37,238 nt of DNA from assembly GCA_944331945.1 (NCBI GenBank), contig CALVJC010000068.1:1-37238 (forward strand), in the 5' to 3' direction. This stretch comes from an uncultured Bacilli bacterium (GTDB taxonomy: Bacteria > Bacillota_I > Bacilli_A > RF39 > UBA660). The notes under the pieces were generated by a model. The model searched no databases, was not told where the DNA came from, and saw nothing but the letters and a program-made list of their open reading frames with translations. The position numbers and the translations under genes were made by a program. Positions 8,605 through 18,186 of the stretch are shown here, one piece after another; positions within the stretch are counted from its first letter, which is position 1, and each line of letters opens with the position of its first letter.

Positions 8605-9465
8605 ATGATGGAACAAAATAAAAAAGAAAAGGACTGGTTTGATAGTCCCAATATTGTAACCTATGTGATCATTGGTTTGTTAATTATTCTTATTCTTGCT
8701 TCGCAATCTTTTGCAATTCAAAATCGATTAAGTTTTGGAGAGATTTTTCGTTCTATTATTAATCATAATGCGATTTATTTCATTACTTTAATTTATTTTG
8801 TTTTGTTGCGATTTAAGATAGGGAAAAAGTATTTTGATTATTTGAATGTTTTAATGGCTATTTTATATTTGCTTTTATCTTTTGCGTCCGTATTTACGAT
8901 TTTTCAATCTTTTGGACTAGCTTCTTTGCTTAATCTAGCTTTAACTGTTGTTCTTACTCTTTATTTTATTTATGCTTTTATTTGTAATACTGTGATTGGA
9001 AAAGAATTGAAAATTTCCAATACTCCTTTAAATGAAATCAAGAATCAACAATATTTTTCCATTATTTGTGTTCTTCTTGCTCTTATTTTGGTTGTTGATT
9101 TGATTGCTGCAACAGATTTTGAAGGGGTAGTTATTTCGTTATTAGAAGTGATGTATCAAGTTCTTTTCGCTCGTTATATCTATTTATATAAAGAGTATTC
9201 GGATACAAAAGCGAAGAGGAGAAAGGAAAGTTTAAAACAGGAAGAGGTTGTAGAAGAGAAAGAAGAGCCTGTTATGGAAAAAGAAGAAAAGACTAATGTA
9301 GAAGAAGCTCCAAAAGAAGAAAAAACGGAAAAAATAACAGAAGTTAAAATAGAAGTTGAAGAGACAAAAGTAGAAGAAGGAAAGCAAGAGGAAGAAAAAG
9401 AAGAACCGAAAAAGCCAAGAACGAGAAAAAAGAAAGAAGAAGATAAGGGAGATGAAGTGAAGTGA
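8605..9465 (+). CDS. Polytopic membrane protein with a C-terminal Glu/Lys-rich disordered tail
   Basis: Five to six hydrophobic helices, then ~90 aa of E/K low complexity (KEEPVMEKEEKTNVEEAPKEEKTEK...). SD GGTGGTGAT. Confidence 0.7.
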   Translation: MMEQNKKEKDWFDSPNIVTYVIIGLLIILILASQSFAIQNRLSFGEIFRSIINHNAIYFITLIYFVLLRFKIGKKYFDYLNVLMAILYLLLSFASVFTIFQSFGLASLLNLALTVVLTLYFIYAFICNTVIGKELKISNTPLNEIKNQQYFSIICVLLALILVVDLIAATDFEGVVISLLEVMYQVLFARYIYLYKEYSDTKAKRRKESLKQEEVVEEKEEPVMEKEEKTNVEEAPKEEKTEKITEVKIEVEETKVEEGKQEEEKEEPKKPRTRKKKEEDKGDEVK

Positions 9466-9806
9466 AAGATTTATTTGATGAAATTGATCAAGAACGAAAA
9501 GAACTTCCTCATTTAAAAAATATCCAAGATGAAGTCCAAAAACCACGTTATCATAACTTTTATCAGAAATTAGCTTTTTGGTTATTTGTTTTTCTCTTTG
9601 GGGTGGGAATTGTTTTAGGAAATTTATTTCCATCTTGTAGTGAAACTTCTAATCTTTTTTCTACCTGTACGAGAACAGAATATAATTTAACTCTTACTGT
9701 GATTAGTTGGTTAATTAGTTTTGTCTTTTGTAGTATGATTTATGCAGTTGGAGAGATTATTAGTTTATTAACCTCTATTAATGAAACATTGAAAAAAAGA
9801 AAATAA
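9462..9806 (+). CDS. Small membrane protein (2-3 TM), unknown function
   Basis: GTG start overlaps the upstream stop (GTGA, 9462-9465). Hydrophobic segments LAFWLFVFLFGVGIVLGNLF and LTVISWLISFVFCSMIYAVGEII. Confidence 0.6.
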   Translation: MKDLFDEIDQERKELPHLKNIQDEVQKPRYHNFYQKLAFWLFVFLFGVGIVLGNLFPSCSETSNLFSTCTRTEYNLTLTVISWLISFVFCSMIYAVGEIISLLTSINETLKKRK

Positions 9807-9818
9807 TTCTTTTATGAG

Positions 9819-9839
9819 ACACCTCTAAGGTGTTTTTTT
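9819..9839 (+). terminator. Rho-independent terminator
   Basis: ACACCT-CTA-AGGTGT hairpin followed by TTTTTT. Confidence 0.65.
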
Positions 9840-9886
9840 GTGTTTATTTTAGGGGAATAAGTATATACTAATAGCGGTGATATTAT

Positions 9887-10486
9887 ATGGCAAAAAGAGT
9901 GTATCATTTTATTCTCGTTTTCATCATGTTACTAGCAACAGGCTTTTTTTGTATTCGAGACTTACAACTAGAGAATTATATGCGTCTTTTTTCTTATCTT
10001 TTTTTGTTACCACTTCTTTTTTTACCTAAAATTTCGGAAAAAATATTTTCTTTTTCTTTTGATCGTCGTTTAAAAGTTTTGTATTTTACTTTTGTCTTCT
10101 TGGCTTATTTTTTAGGGGGACTTGCAAGTTTTTATGTGCGTTTTCATTGGTATAATACTTTTGTGCATTTTCTTTTTGGTTTTCTGGGGAGCTTTTTTGC
10201 GATTGCTTTGATGAAACAGTTTTTTCCTGCTGACAAAAAATTCTTTTATTTTCTTTTTTCTCTTGCTTTTATTTGTTTGTTAGCGGTTTTTTGGGAAGTT
10301 TTTGAGTATCTTGTCGATTTCTTTCAAGGGACTAGTATGCAACATGTATTTGAAACGGGGATTCATGATACTATGATTGACTTTTTGGTGGCTTTAGGAG
10401 GAAATATTCTCTTTTCGTTCTTTTTCTTTTTTTCTTCTTCGTTTTATCATTTTGCAACTACAACTAGATTTTTGTACAAAAAGTGA
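9887..10486 (+). CDS. Polytopic membrane protein (possibly YjdF/DUF2238-like)
   Basis: Five to six TM helices, with conserved-looking acidic patches FWEVFEYLVDFF and HDTMIDFLVALGGN. The family assignment is tentative. Confidence 0.6.
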   Translation: MAKRVYHFILVFIMLLATGFFCIRDLQLENYMRLFSYLFLLPLLFLPKISEKIFSFSFDRRLKVLYFTFVFLAYFLGGLASFYVRFHWYNTFVHFLFGFLGSFFAIALMKQFFPADKKFFYFLFSLAFICLLAVFWEVFEYLVDFFQGTSMQHVFETGIHDTMIDFLVALGGNILFSFFFFFSSSFYHFATTTRFLYKK

Positions 10487-10522
10487 TAAACTATTATTAG
10501 AGATAGAAAGAAGTTGAAGTAG

Positions 10523-11158
10523 ATGGTTTCAGAAGGATTATTAGAGGATGATGGCTCTTTTTTTGAAAGGGATTTTATGGCTTATTTTGAAGAATGTTCT
10601 TTGACGGAGATTATGGCTATTTCCGATTTTTCTTTGCGGAGGAAAGGGCTTTCTTTTTATCAGGAATTTCTTAATACTTTTCCTAAAAATTACCTTACTG
10701 CTCCTTTTTTAGCTTCCGGAAGGTCTATTCATGATATCTTAGAGTCGTGTCAGGAATTTCAGGATAAGAATGGGGATTTTGTAGCTTTTTATCCGGGGAT
10801 TAAAGAAGTAAAGGCGAAGAGTAGACGTCTTTGTCAAATTAGTGGAGGGATTATTTCGCTTGGTTCTTCTTATTATACGTATCGTCCTTTTTTTGAAAAT
10901 CTTCATACGGGGAAAAAATATATTTTAAAGAATACGATTCATGCGGAACTTAGTTACTATGATTTCTTTCCAAAGAATATTCAAGAATTTGAAACATTAG
11001 CTTTCTATTTAGAAAATCCTTCTTTTGCTCCTGATGATGGGATTGATTATTATTTCTTAGGACAACAGATAGGGGAGACGTTACCTTTACTGGAAGTGAA
11101 ATCAAATCATGAAAAGCAGAAGATTCGCAGAAAGTTAAGACAAATGAAAAAGAAATAG
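10523..11158 (+). CDS. Hypothetical cytoplasmic protein
   Basis: 211-aa ORF with core-like codon usage and a basic C-terminal tail. No recognisable motif. The start is uncertain (alternative ATG at 10577). Confidence 0.55.
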   Translation: MVSEGLLEDDGSFFERDFMAYFEECSLTEIMAISDFSLRRKGLSFYQEFLNTFPKNYLTAPFLASGRSIHDILESCQEFQDKNGDFVAFYPGIKEVKAKSRRLCQISGGIISLGSSYYTYRPFFENLHTGKKYILKNTIHAELSYYDFFPKNIQEFETLAFYLENPSFAPDDGIDYYFLGQQIGETLPLLEVKSNHEKQKIRRKLRQMKKK

Positions 11159-11178
11159 GGTTCGCTCTATTTCTTTTT
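11151..11178 (+). terminator. Rho-independent terminator
   Basis: AGAAATAG (11151-11158) pairs with CTATTTCT (11167-11174), then TTTT. Confidence 0.55.
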
Positions 11179-11273
11179 GCGATAGGCAAGGATTAGAAAA
11201 AAGAGAAAGAGGAGGAGTAAGGGTCCTAGAGTTGGGAGATAGAAGGAAGTAAGTTCTTCTAAGATTGTTGTTA

Positions 11274-13328
11274 TCATCGTTTCTCTTTTATAATATTTTT
11301 ACTGCAGAAGTAGGTGATCAAGAAGTATCCTCCATAAATAAAGATTAAGAAGATTGCTGTCATGGTGACAGAAGCCATAAGTTGTTCTTTTCCAAAAGTT
11401 TCTAGGACTTTTTGACAGAACATGATACCAAAGATGGAATGAACGATAGCAAGGGAAAGGGGAAGTAAGAAGAAGATGGCGATTTGTTTAAAGAGGGCTC
11501 CATTGATTTGTTTTTCATCGGCTCCAATTTTGCGAAGGATAGAAAAACGTTCGACATTATCGGTGCTTTCCGATAATTCTTTTAAAGCGAGTATGGCAGC
11601 GGATGATATTAGGAAGATAATTCCTATATATAGTCCAATAAAGGTAACGACAGCTCCTAAACCAACACTTGCTTCATAAATAGCTAGTTTTGAATTGGCA
11701 CTTAACAAGATATTGGTATTTCCTTCTTGGGTTTGAAGAAGACTTTCTATTTTCTCTTTTTCTTCTTGTGTATTGGCCTTATAGTTTGCTAGTAGAATTT
11801 CACTTTCTATCATGGAATCGTTTACCGCGTCATCATTTACAATAATAATACCTGTATTAATATGACTATTGGACATATCCACGAATCCTTCTTCACAGTG
11901 ATCATATTTGGGATAATAGGTTTTTCCGTTTAGGGTAATGGGATTATTTTGCTCTAAAGCACGGTTTCTTACTTCTACCATACTATCAAAGTCAGCGACA
12001 ACCATGTATTCACCTTCATTCAAATCATAAGTCTTATTTCCATAGAGTCTAGCTACTTTATTATAATCACTTTCACTCATGATGATTTCTCTTGAAGTAT
12101 AGTCTAAAGCGGTATAGGTATCTTTGACTTCTTCATAAATATTACCTAGTGATTTACTTATAGTTACTTCGTCATCTGTGTAATAATAAACAAGTGTTTC
12201 ATCTTTTAAATACTTTTCAGGGTCAAAGTTAATTTTCTTTAAGCTTTCTTCAATGCTCTGATAAGAGTCTTGTCGTAGTTCCTCGCTAAAACCGTAGTCA
12301 TCTCTTTCTTGTTCGGTTAAATTCCTCAATTTGGTAAACTCGATATCGACTTTGGCTAGTTCGGTTAAATTGGCTGACATGGCATTTTTCATGGATAAGC
12401 AACTAGAAAAAACACAAATGGTGACGAAGAGCATTAAGCAGATCATGCCCATGGAAACGACAGTCGTATTTACTTTGCTACTAATTTGGCGAAAGGTAAA
12501 GCAGTTTAATCCTTTGTAATAAACTTTTTTTAAGGAATGGAATACTTTTAATAATAGTCCTGAGATCGAGAAGAAAAATAAGAAGGTGGCTAGGATTCCA
12601 ATTAAAATAATTTGATAAATTTCAGCGGTGCTTTGAATGGTATCATAACCAAAAGATACTTTATAGTAGGCATAGATTAAAAGGACTAGCGATAGGATAA
12701 AGATAATAATACAAAGAATTGGATTTTTCATCTTTACTTTTTCAGTCTTTTTATTGGCATTAATGAGATTAATGAGTTTACAGCGACTTACTTGAACGGT
12801 GTTAAAAATCATAACTAGTAAATAGATGATACCAAAGTAGAAGCCAGTTTTTATTAAAGCTGATTGAGAGAAGACAAAGGTGAATTCACTCATGTTGGCT
12901 TCAAAGAGGTTGGCTACTAAAATACTCATAAATTGAGAGATTAAAATACCAGCTCCTATACCAACGATAAAAGATATGATTCCGATAAAGAGTGTTTCTA
13001 GAAATAAGATCATTGAGATTTTTCTTTTACTCATACCGAGGGTTAGATAGATGCCGAATTCTTTCTTCCTTCGTTTCATGAGAAAACGACTGGCATAGAT
13101 GATTAAGAAGCCTAGGATAAAAGAAACCATAATACTAACACCAGAGAGCATACTATTTAAAAGATCAATTAAATCTCTTGTTCCTTGGCTTACTTCTAAC
13201 ATTACTGTTTGACTATCAATGGCATTAAATACATAGAAGATGGCCACACCTAGAATGAGTGTAAAAAAGTAGATGGCATAGTCTTTTACACTCTTTTTTA
13301 AGTTCTTTAAGGATAGTTTAAAGAGCAT
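11274..13328 (-). CDS. BceB-type ABC transporter permease (FtsX-like domains, 10 TM, large extracellular domain)
   Basis: 684 aa. Four TM helices plus a second FtsX block, with a ~230-aa soluble domain between TM7 and TM8. Overlaps the upstream ATPase gene by 11 nt. Sits in the Bce-type context. Confidence 0.85.
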   Translation of the reverse strand: MLFKLSLKNLKKSVKDYAIYFFTLILGVAIFYVFNAIDSQTVMLEVSQGTRDLIDLLNSMLSGVSIMVSFILGFLIIYASRFLMKRRKKEFGIYLTLGMSKRKISMILFLETLFIGIISFIVGIGAGILISQFMSILVANLFEANMSEFTFVFSQSALIKTGFYFGIIYLLVMIFNTVQVSRCKLINLINANKKTEKVKMKNPILCIIIFILSLVLLIYAYYKVSFGYDTIQSTAEIYQIILIGILATFLFFFSISGLLLKVFHSLKKVYYKGLNCFTFRQISSKVNTTVVSMGMICLMLFVTICVFSSCLSMKNAMSANLTELAKVDIEFTKLRNLTEQERDDYGFSEELRQDSYQSIEESLKKINFDPEKYLKDETLVYYYTDDEVTISKSLGNIYEEVKDTYTALDYTSREIIMSESDYNKVARLYGNKTYDLNEGEYMVVADFDSMVEVRNRALEQNNPITLNGKTYYPKYDHCEEGFVDMSNSHINTGIIIVNDDAVNDSMIESEILLANYKANTQEEKEKIESLLQTQEGNTNILLSANSKLAIYEASVGLGAVVTFIGLYIGIIFLISSAAILALKELSESTDNVERFSILRKIGADEKQINGALFKQIAIFFLLPLSLAIVHSIFGIMFCQKVLETFGKEQLMASVTMTAIFLIFIYGGYFLITYFCSKNIIKEKR

Positions 13329-14085
13329 CGGAGTAGTCGCCTCCTAGAAGAGTTACGACGTCGATAATTTTATCAAAAAATTCTTTTCGTGAATCATTTC
13401 CGCGATTTAATTCATGAAAGATTTTACCATCTTTGATAAAAATGACACGGGTGGCATAACTAGCGGTAAAAGCATCATGGGTGACCATTAAAATAGTCGC
13501 TTTTAAACTTTGATTAAGGTATTGAAAGCGTTCTAGGAGCATTTTAGAAGATTTTGAATCCAAAGCTCCTGTTGGTTCATCTGCTAATACTAGTTTTGGA
13601 TTGGTAATAATGGCTCTAGCACTCGCTACTCTTTGTTTTTGCCCTCCACTCATTTGGTAGGGATACTTCTTTAAAACCTCAGTAATATCTAGTTCTTTGG
13701 CTACTTTTTTAATACGTTCATGCATTTCTTTATAGCCAACGTTTTGAATGGATAACGCTAAAGCAATATTTTCATAAGCGGTTAGCGTGTCTAGAAGATT
13801 AAAATCTTGAAAGATAAAGCCAAGATCTTCTCGACGAAAACGATTTAAGTCATTTCCTTTTAATTTGGTAATATCTTTATTATCCACAAAGATATGGCCA
13901 GAAGTGACACGATCAATGGTGGAAATACAATTTAGTAACGTTGTTTTTCCAGAGCCCGAAGCTCCCATGATCGCTACAAATTCTCCTTCTTTGACGGAAA
14001 AAGAAATGTCATCGATGGCTTTTGTTAGATTGGATTTGTTTCCATAATATTTTTCGATATGTTCAATTGTCAAAATATTTTCCAT
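13318..14085 (-). CDS. BceA-type ABC transporter ATP-binding protein
   Basis: Walker A GASGSGKTT, Q-loop, signature LSGGQKQRV, Walker B LVLADEPTGALD, H-loop HD. ATG at 14085 follows AAAGGAGGAAAAAAT; the listed 14109 start has no SD. Confidence 0.9.
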   Translation of the reverse strand: MENILTIEHIEKYYGNKSNLTKAIDDISFSVKEGEFVAIMGASGSGKTTLLNCISTIDRVTSGHIFVDNKDITKLKGNDLNRFRREDLGFIFQDFNLLDTLTAYENIALALSIQNVGYKEMHERIKKVAKELDITEVLKKYPYQMSGGQKQRVASARAIITNPKLVLADEPTGALDSKSSKMLLERFQYLNQSLKATILMVTHDAFTASYATRVIFIKDGKIFHELNRGNDSRKEFFDKIIDVVTLLGGDYSDAL

Positions 14086-14154
14086 ATTTTTTCCTCCTTT
14101 TGTTAACATTGTAAGGGAATCTCGTTCCTTTTTACCATCGATTTGGCTTACAAA

Positions 14155-14174
14155 AGCTTACATTTTTGTAAGCT
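14155..14174 (-). promoter_or_regulatory. Putative BceR-type response-regulator binding site upstream of the ABC transporter genes
   Basis: Perfect 20-bp palindrome AGCTTACA-TTTT-TGTAAGCT. It contains TTACA-N4-TGTAA, which matches the TNACA-N4-TGTAA consensus reported for Bce-like regulators. It sits about 70-90 nt upstream of the ATPase start, and a TACAAT -10 candidate lies downstream of it. Confidence 0.6.
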
Positions 14175-15194
14175 TTATTTTACAACATCATAAAAGTTGT
14201 TTTTTGTAAAAGTAATGACTACTTCTGTAAATTCGTTTTGTCTTGACGTTATGCTGATCTTGTGTCCCAATTTTTTACACAAATTTTGACAAATATAAAG
14301 TCCCATTCCAGTGGAAACACTACTATTTCTACCATTATAACCAGTAAAAGACTTGTCAAAGACTCTTGACAAGTCCGAAGCTTTGATGCCAATGCCATTG
14401 TCTTTTATTTTTAGGAGAATTTTATTATCTTGATGACTTTCTGTTATGGTGATTTTGGCATTTTCTTCTTTGGCATATTTGATACTATTGTTAATAATTT
14501 GATTTAAAATGAATTCTAACCATTTGCTGTCGGTTAAGACGTTACTTTCGATATTTTTTCTTTCGATGCTTATTTTTTTGTAAAGTAAAATATCTTTATT
14601 TTTTAATATTACTTGATTGATTACTTTTTTTAAAGAAGTTTCTTTGATTAAATAGTCTTTTTCGGAATTTTCAGAGCGGACATAATAGAGGATTTGATCA
14701 AGGTCATTTTCTAGGCGTTTGATTTGTTCCATGATTTTTGGTTGTTGTAAGGCTTGATTATTGTGGATGGTTAAGACTAGGCTCGAAAGAGGAATCTTTA
14801 CTTCATGAATCCATAATTCTAAGTAATCTTTAAAGTCTTTCATTGATCCTTTTACTTGATTCATATTTTCTATCATCGATTTATTCGCTTCATATAAAGC
14901 TTCATAGGTGATTTTTCCTTCTAGAAAGGAAGGAGAGGTTAGGACTTCGGTAATAAAATATTTTTGATCCAGTTCTTCGAGTTTGGTGGTTAAATCATGG
15001 TAAAATTTGTTTTTTCTTATATAGTCAAAGAAGAAGAAAAATAAGAAAAAGAGAATTAAGAGAATTAGGATCATAAAGAGGAAGGCCCTATTGGCATGAT
15101 AGAAGGCATTTAAGAAAAGAATAATGCAAAGGGTTAAGAGGGCATAGCCTACAACGAAAAAGAGATTGTCTTTGAGATAGTTTTTTAATTTCAT
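14175..15194 (-). CDS. Intramembrane-sensing histidine kinase (BceS-type)
   Basis: Two N-terminal TM helices with almost no extracellular loop. H-box LWIHEVKIPLSSL and an HATPase_c domain (DNGIGI, GMGLYI). ATGA overlap with the response-regulator gene. Confidence 0.85.
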   Translation of the reverse strand: MKLKNYLKDNLFFVVGYALLTLCIILFLNAFYHANRAFLFMILILLILFFLFFFFFDYIRKNKFYHDLTTKLEELDQKYFITEVLTSPSFLEGKITYEALYEANKSMIENMNQVKGSMKDFKDYLELWIHEVKIPLSSLVLTIHNNQALQQPKIMEQIKRLENDLDQILYYVRSENSEKDYLIKETSLKKVINQVILKNKDILLYKKISIERKNIESNVLTDSKWLEFILNQIINNSIKYAKEENAKITITESHQDNKILLKIKDNGIGIKASDLSRVFDKSFTGYNGRNSSVSTGMGLYICQNLCKKLGHKISITSRQNEFTEVVITFTKNNFYDVVK

Positions 15195-15853
15195 AGAATA
15201 ATATAACCTTGTCCTTTCCTTGTTTCAATCATGTTTTGGTAACCAATGGATTCTAATTTGTTGCGGAGTCTACTAATATTTACAGTTAGAGTATTATCAT
15301 CAATAAATTCATCGCTTGTCCAAAGATAAGTCATAATTTTTTCTCTTGAGACAATTTTTCCTTGGTTTTGAAGAAGCAGTTTTAAGATTAACATTTCATT
15401 TTTGCTAAGGTAGATCGTTTCATTTGTCGTTTCGATGATTCCTCGATCGGGAGTAATTTTTAGTTCTTTATAGAAAAAAGTATCGGTATTTGGGGTTAGA
15501 CGTTTTAAAATGGCTTCGATATGTAGAAGTAGGATAGTGGGATTATATGGTTTTGTAATATAGTCATCCGCTCCATAACTCATGGATAGCACCTCATCGC
15601 TTTCACTATTACGAGAAGTGACCATGATGACAGGAGTGTTTTTTTCTTTTCGTAATTCTTTTAAAAGGAATTCTCCATTGGTACCAGGTAAGTTGATGTC
15701 TAGGAGAATTAAATCAGGCTCTATTTCTTTTATTTTGTTGACAATATGTTCAAAACTTTCTAATAGGAAAGCTTGATAACCGGCATTTTCTAGTAAAATT
15801 TGTAATTCTTTTCGTAATTCTTTGTCATCTTCAATGATTAATATTTTTTTCAT
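15191..15853 (-). CDS. OmpR-family response regulator (BceR-type)
   Basis: Receiver domain (MKKILIIEDD, DLILLDINLPG, K in ITKP) and a winged-helix output (TLTVNISRLRNKL). ATG at 15853 follows AAAGGAGGACATT. Confidence 0.9.
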   Translation of the reverse strand: MKKILIIEDDKELRKELQILLENAGYQAFLLESFEHIVNKIKEIEPDLILLDINLPGTNGEFLLKELRKEKNTPVIMVTSRNSESDEVLSMSYGADDYITKPYNPTILLLHIEAILKRLTPNTDTFFYKELKITPDRGIIETTNETIYLSKNEMLILKLLLQNQGKIVSREKIMTYLWTSDEFIDDNTLTVNISRLRNKLESIGYQNMIETRKGQGYIIL

Positions 15854-15906
15854 AATGTCCTCCTTTTGGTCTATTATAACACACAAAGAAAAAAGAGGAG
15901 TTTTCT

Positions 15907-16470
15907 TTATCCTCTATTTTCTTTCTGTAGAACTTTTCCTTGATAAGTGGTTGCTTTTTGGTATGGGAACCCAATATGATAAATTTGTTTTCCTTGATAG
16001 TAAATTGATTTATCACTGTGTCTTGTTAATAAATGCTTCATGACTTGATCTTTTTCTTCGGTTATGGCAATGATTTGATAATCTTTTAGTTTCTGTTCGT
16101 ATTCGATTAAAGGAAGTTCTTGTTCGGTTGTATTGCCAAGCTGTTTATGATTTAGAATAAATAATGCAAAGTCCATGTAATGTTTGTTTCTATCTTTTCG
16201 TTTGGTTTCACAGTATAAATCTAGTATTTTTTGATTTTCATTTGGTTGCCTTAATAGAATAACCCCTTTGGTATCATGGAAAATTCCATTGTCTCTTTCT
16301 TCATTTTCTCTTTTGGTGTATTCTTGGATTAGAAAAATAAAAGGGCTTTTTTCGATATCATCGGTGTGTTTCATCAAGTCTATTTCTTCAAATATTGTTG
16401 CAAGGTCCCATAAGTCATCGGCATTGTCTTTATCAAATAGTTCTAACGTTACCCACTGATATACTGCCAT
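15907..16470 (-). CDS. Hypothetical protein (187 aa), no recognisable motif
   Basis: ORF with SD AGAGGTG, immediately upstream of and co-directional with the Bce regulator genes. Confidence 0.55.
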   Translation of the reverse strand: MAVYQWVTLELFDKDNADDLWDLATIFEEIDLMKHTDDIEKSPFIFLIQEYTKRENEERDNGIFHDTKGVILLRQPNENQKILDLYCETKRKDRNKHYMDFALFILNHKQLGNTTEQELPLIEYEQKLKDYQIIAITEEKDQVMKHLLTRHSDKSIYYQGKQIYHIGFPYQKATTYQGKVLQKENRG

Positions 16471-16524
16471 TTTACTACACCTCTACTACATTTTATTATT
16501 TTTTCTTTTCATTTGGTTGTGTTT

Positions 16525-17619
16525 TTATTCAAAGGTTGGAGTTTCTTCTTCTGGTTCTATTTGAATAAAAGTATTGCCATCGTTTATTTTTACTTCAGTT
16601 CCATCGGTATAGGTATAAGTTGTTTTTCCACTTCTGCTGTTTTTATGCCAGGTGATTGGTCTAGCATAACCACCCGTGATGTAATAACCATTTCCTGTTC
16701 CGGTGGTGTCTAGGTCTTGTCTTCCATCTTGATCAAGACTGTAATTGTTTACTTTTAGAATGATAATATTTTTGTAATAGTATTGTTGTTTGGTATCTCT
16801 ATCGCTATGTGGTTCCCCATTCATAAAACGAAGGTAAACGCCTCTTGTAGCATCGTATTGATAGCTTCGTTCTTGATAATAGGAGTATGGAATGGTGATG
16901 TTGTTTGCTGTGATAATGTCACTTTCGCAGGTAGCATCTTCTGCTTCACAAGTATTGTAACTGTTGAGATCAACCGAGTCGGTTGTGAAGTTTAAGTTTT
17001 CCCAATTGCTTGAAGTTGTGGAGTAACCTAAATTTGCAGCACTTTGATAGAGTGTTTCGATATTGGTAAAGACATTATGTGGTGCGGCATAGTTATAATC
17101 ACGCCAATAAGCACTATCTACATAAAGACCATTGATATTATCAACTCCTAAGCTACTGATATCTCTTTGGGCATAAGTACTCCAGCCATAATGAGCATAA
17201 AGAGCATCGTTTTCAAGAGCATAATCTAGAAAATAATGGCGAGATGAGCGAACCGGTCCAATTAAGGATGTGCTCTTGTCTTTAAAAACGGCCATGATTC
17301 TAGTAAGACCACCTTCTACAATTGCTTCATAAGTAATGTAAGCATCTTGTAGTCCTACATGACTATTGTTTCCTACGTTATTATCAATCATAATCGCGAT
17401 AGGACGTTTATTACTATCTTCATCGACGATGGTTAATTTTTTTCGTTCTACCTCATTTTGAGAGGGCTTTAAGAAATTGTTATCTTCTTTCAGGTAAAAG
17501 AAATAGAAACAAGCTAAGAAGGCAAGAAGTAATAAAGTAATGATGGAAAGAAGAATAATTTTTTTCTTTTTTTTCTTTTTCGGTTTGATTCGAACATCTC
17601 CAATATTTTTCTTTTTCAT
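16525..17619 (-). CDS. DUF3048-domain protein (YerB-like), membrane-anchored
   Basis: Lys-rich N-terminus and a TM helix. Then PIAIMIDNN...GLQDAYITYEAIVEGGLTRIMAVF and RSSRHYF, which are typical of DUF3048/YerB. Confidence 0.7.
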   Translation of the reverse strand: MKKKNIGDVRIKPKKKKKKKIILLSIITLLLLAFLACFYFFYLKEDNNFLKPSQNEVERKKLTIVDEDSNKRPIAIMIDNNVGNNSHVGLQDAYITYEAIVEGGLTRIMAVFKDKSTSLIGPVRSSRHYFLDYALENDALYAHYGWSTYAQRDISSLGVDNINGLYVDSAYWRDYNYAAPHNVFTNIETLYQSAANLGYSTTSSNWENLNFTTDSVDLNSYNTCEAEDATCESDIITANNITIPYSYYQERSYQYDATRGVYLRFMNGEPHSDRDTKQQYYYKNIIILKVNNYSLDQDGRQDLDTTGTGNGYYITGGYARPITWHKNSRSGKTTYTYTDGTEVKINDGNTFIQIEPEEETPTFE

Positions 17620-17799
17620 ACAACTACCTCTATTCTAATTTTAGTTTATCATAAACTAGTCTTTTTGAAACGATTTTCTTTCTGATTTTACAGAAAATGT
17701 CATATTTTAAGAGATGGGTTCTCTTTGAAATTAGCTTGAAAAATACTTGTTCTGATGATACTATGGAATTATGAAAAGACTAGAAGAAGGAGAATAGGT

Positions 17800-18186
17800 A
17801 TGGAGTTTATAAAAAAGAATCTTGTTTTGTTTGAACTAGGAAGTTCTGTTTTCATGATTTTAGGGTGTTTCCTTCCTTTTATTACAATTCGCGCAGGTGA
17901 TTTGAGTCAATCTATTCAATTTCTTTCGGGATTAAGTAATGGTATTTTAGTTTTGGTTTTAGCTATTGCTGTTTTGGTTCTGTTCTTATTTCAAAAGCCT
18001 GTTATTGCCTTCATTCTTTCTATTATTATTTTGATTACTACTCTTTATTCTGGAATTTCTACTTTCCAGTTTTATCAGTCTGCGTCAAATCTTTCTGTTT
18101 CTTTTAGTTTTGGTTTTTTCTTTTTGATAGCAGGGTGTATTTTGACTTTTGTTTCTTTTGTGGCTGCCCTTGATCGGAATCGGTAA
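17800..18186 (+). CDS. Small polytopic membrane protein
   Basis: ATG at 17800 follows GAAGGAG. Four hydrophobic helices. The upstream extension to 17755 has no SD. Confidence 0.6.
   Translation: MEFIKKNLVLFELGSSVFMILGCFLPFITIRAGDLSQSIQFLSGLSNGILVLVLAIAVLVLFLFQKPVIAFILSIIILITTLYSGISTFQFYQSASNLSVSFSFGFFFLIAGCILTFVSFVAALDRNR

Noticed and set aside
9190-9465. A purine-rich, quasi-repetitive DNA tract that I considered as a possible repeat array.
   Set aside because: It is in frame with the upstream membrane protein and encodes a Glu/Lys-rich tail. It has no regular period and no spacer structure.
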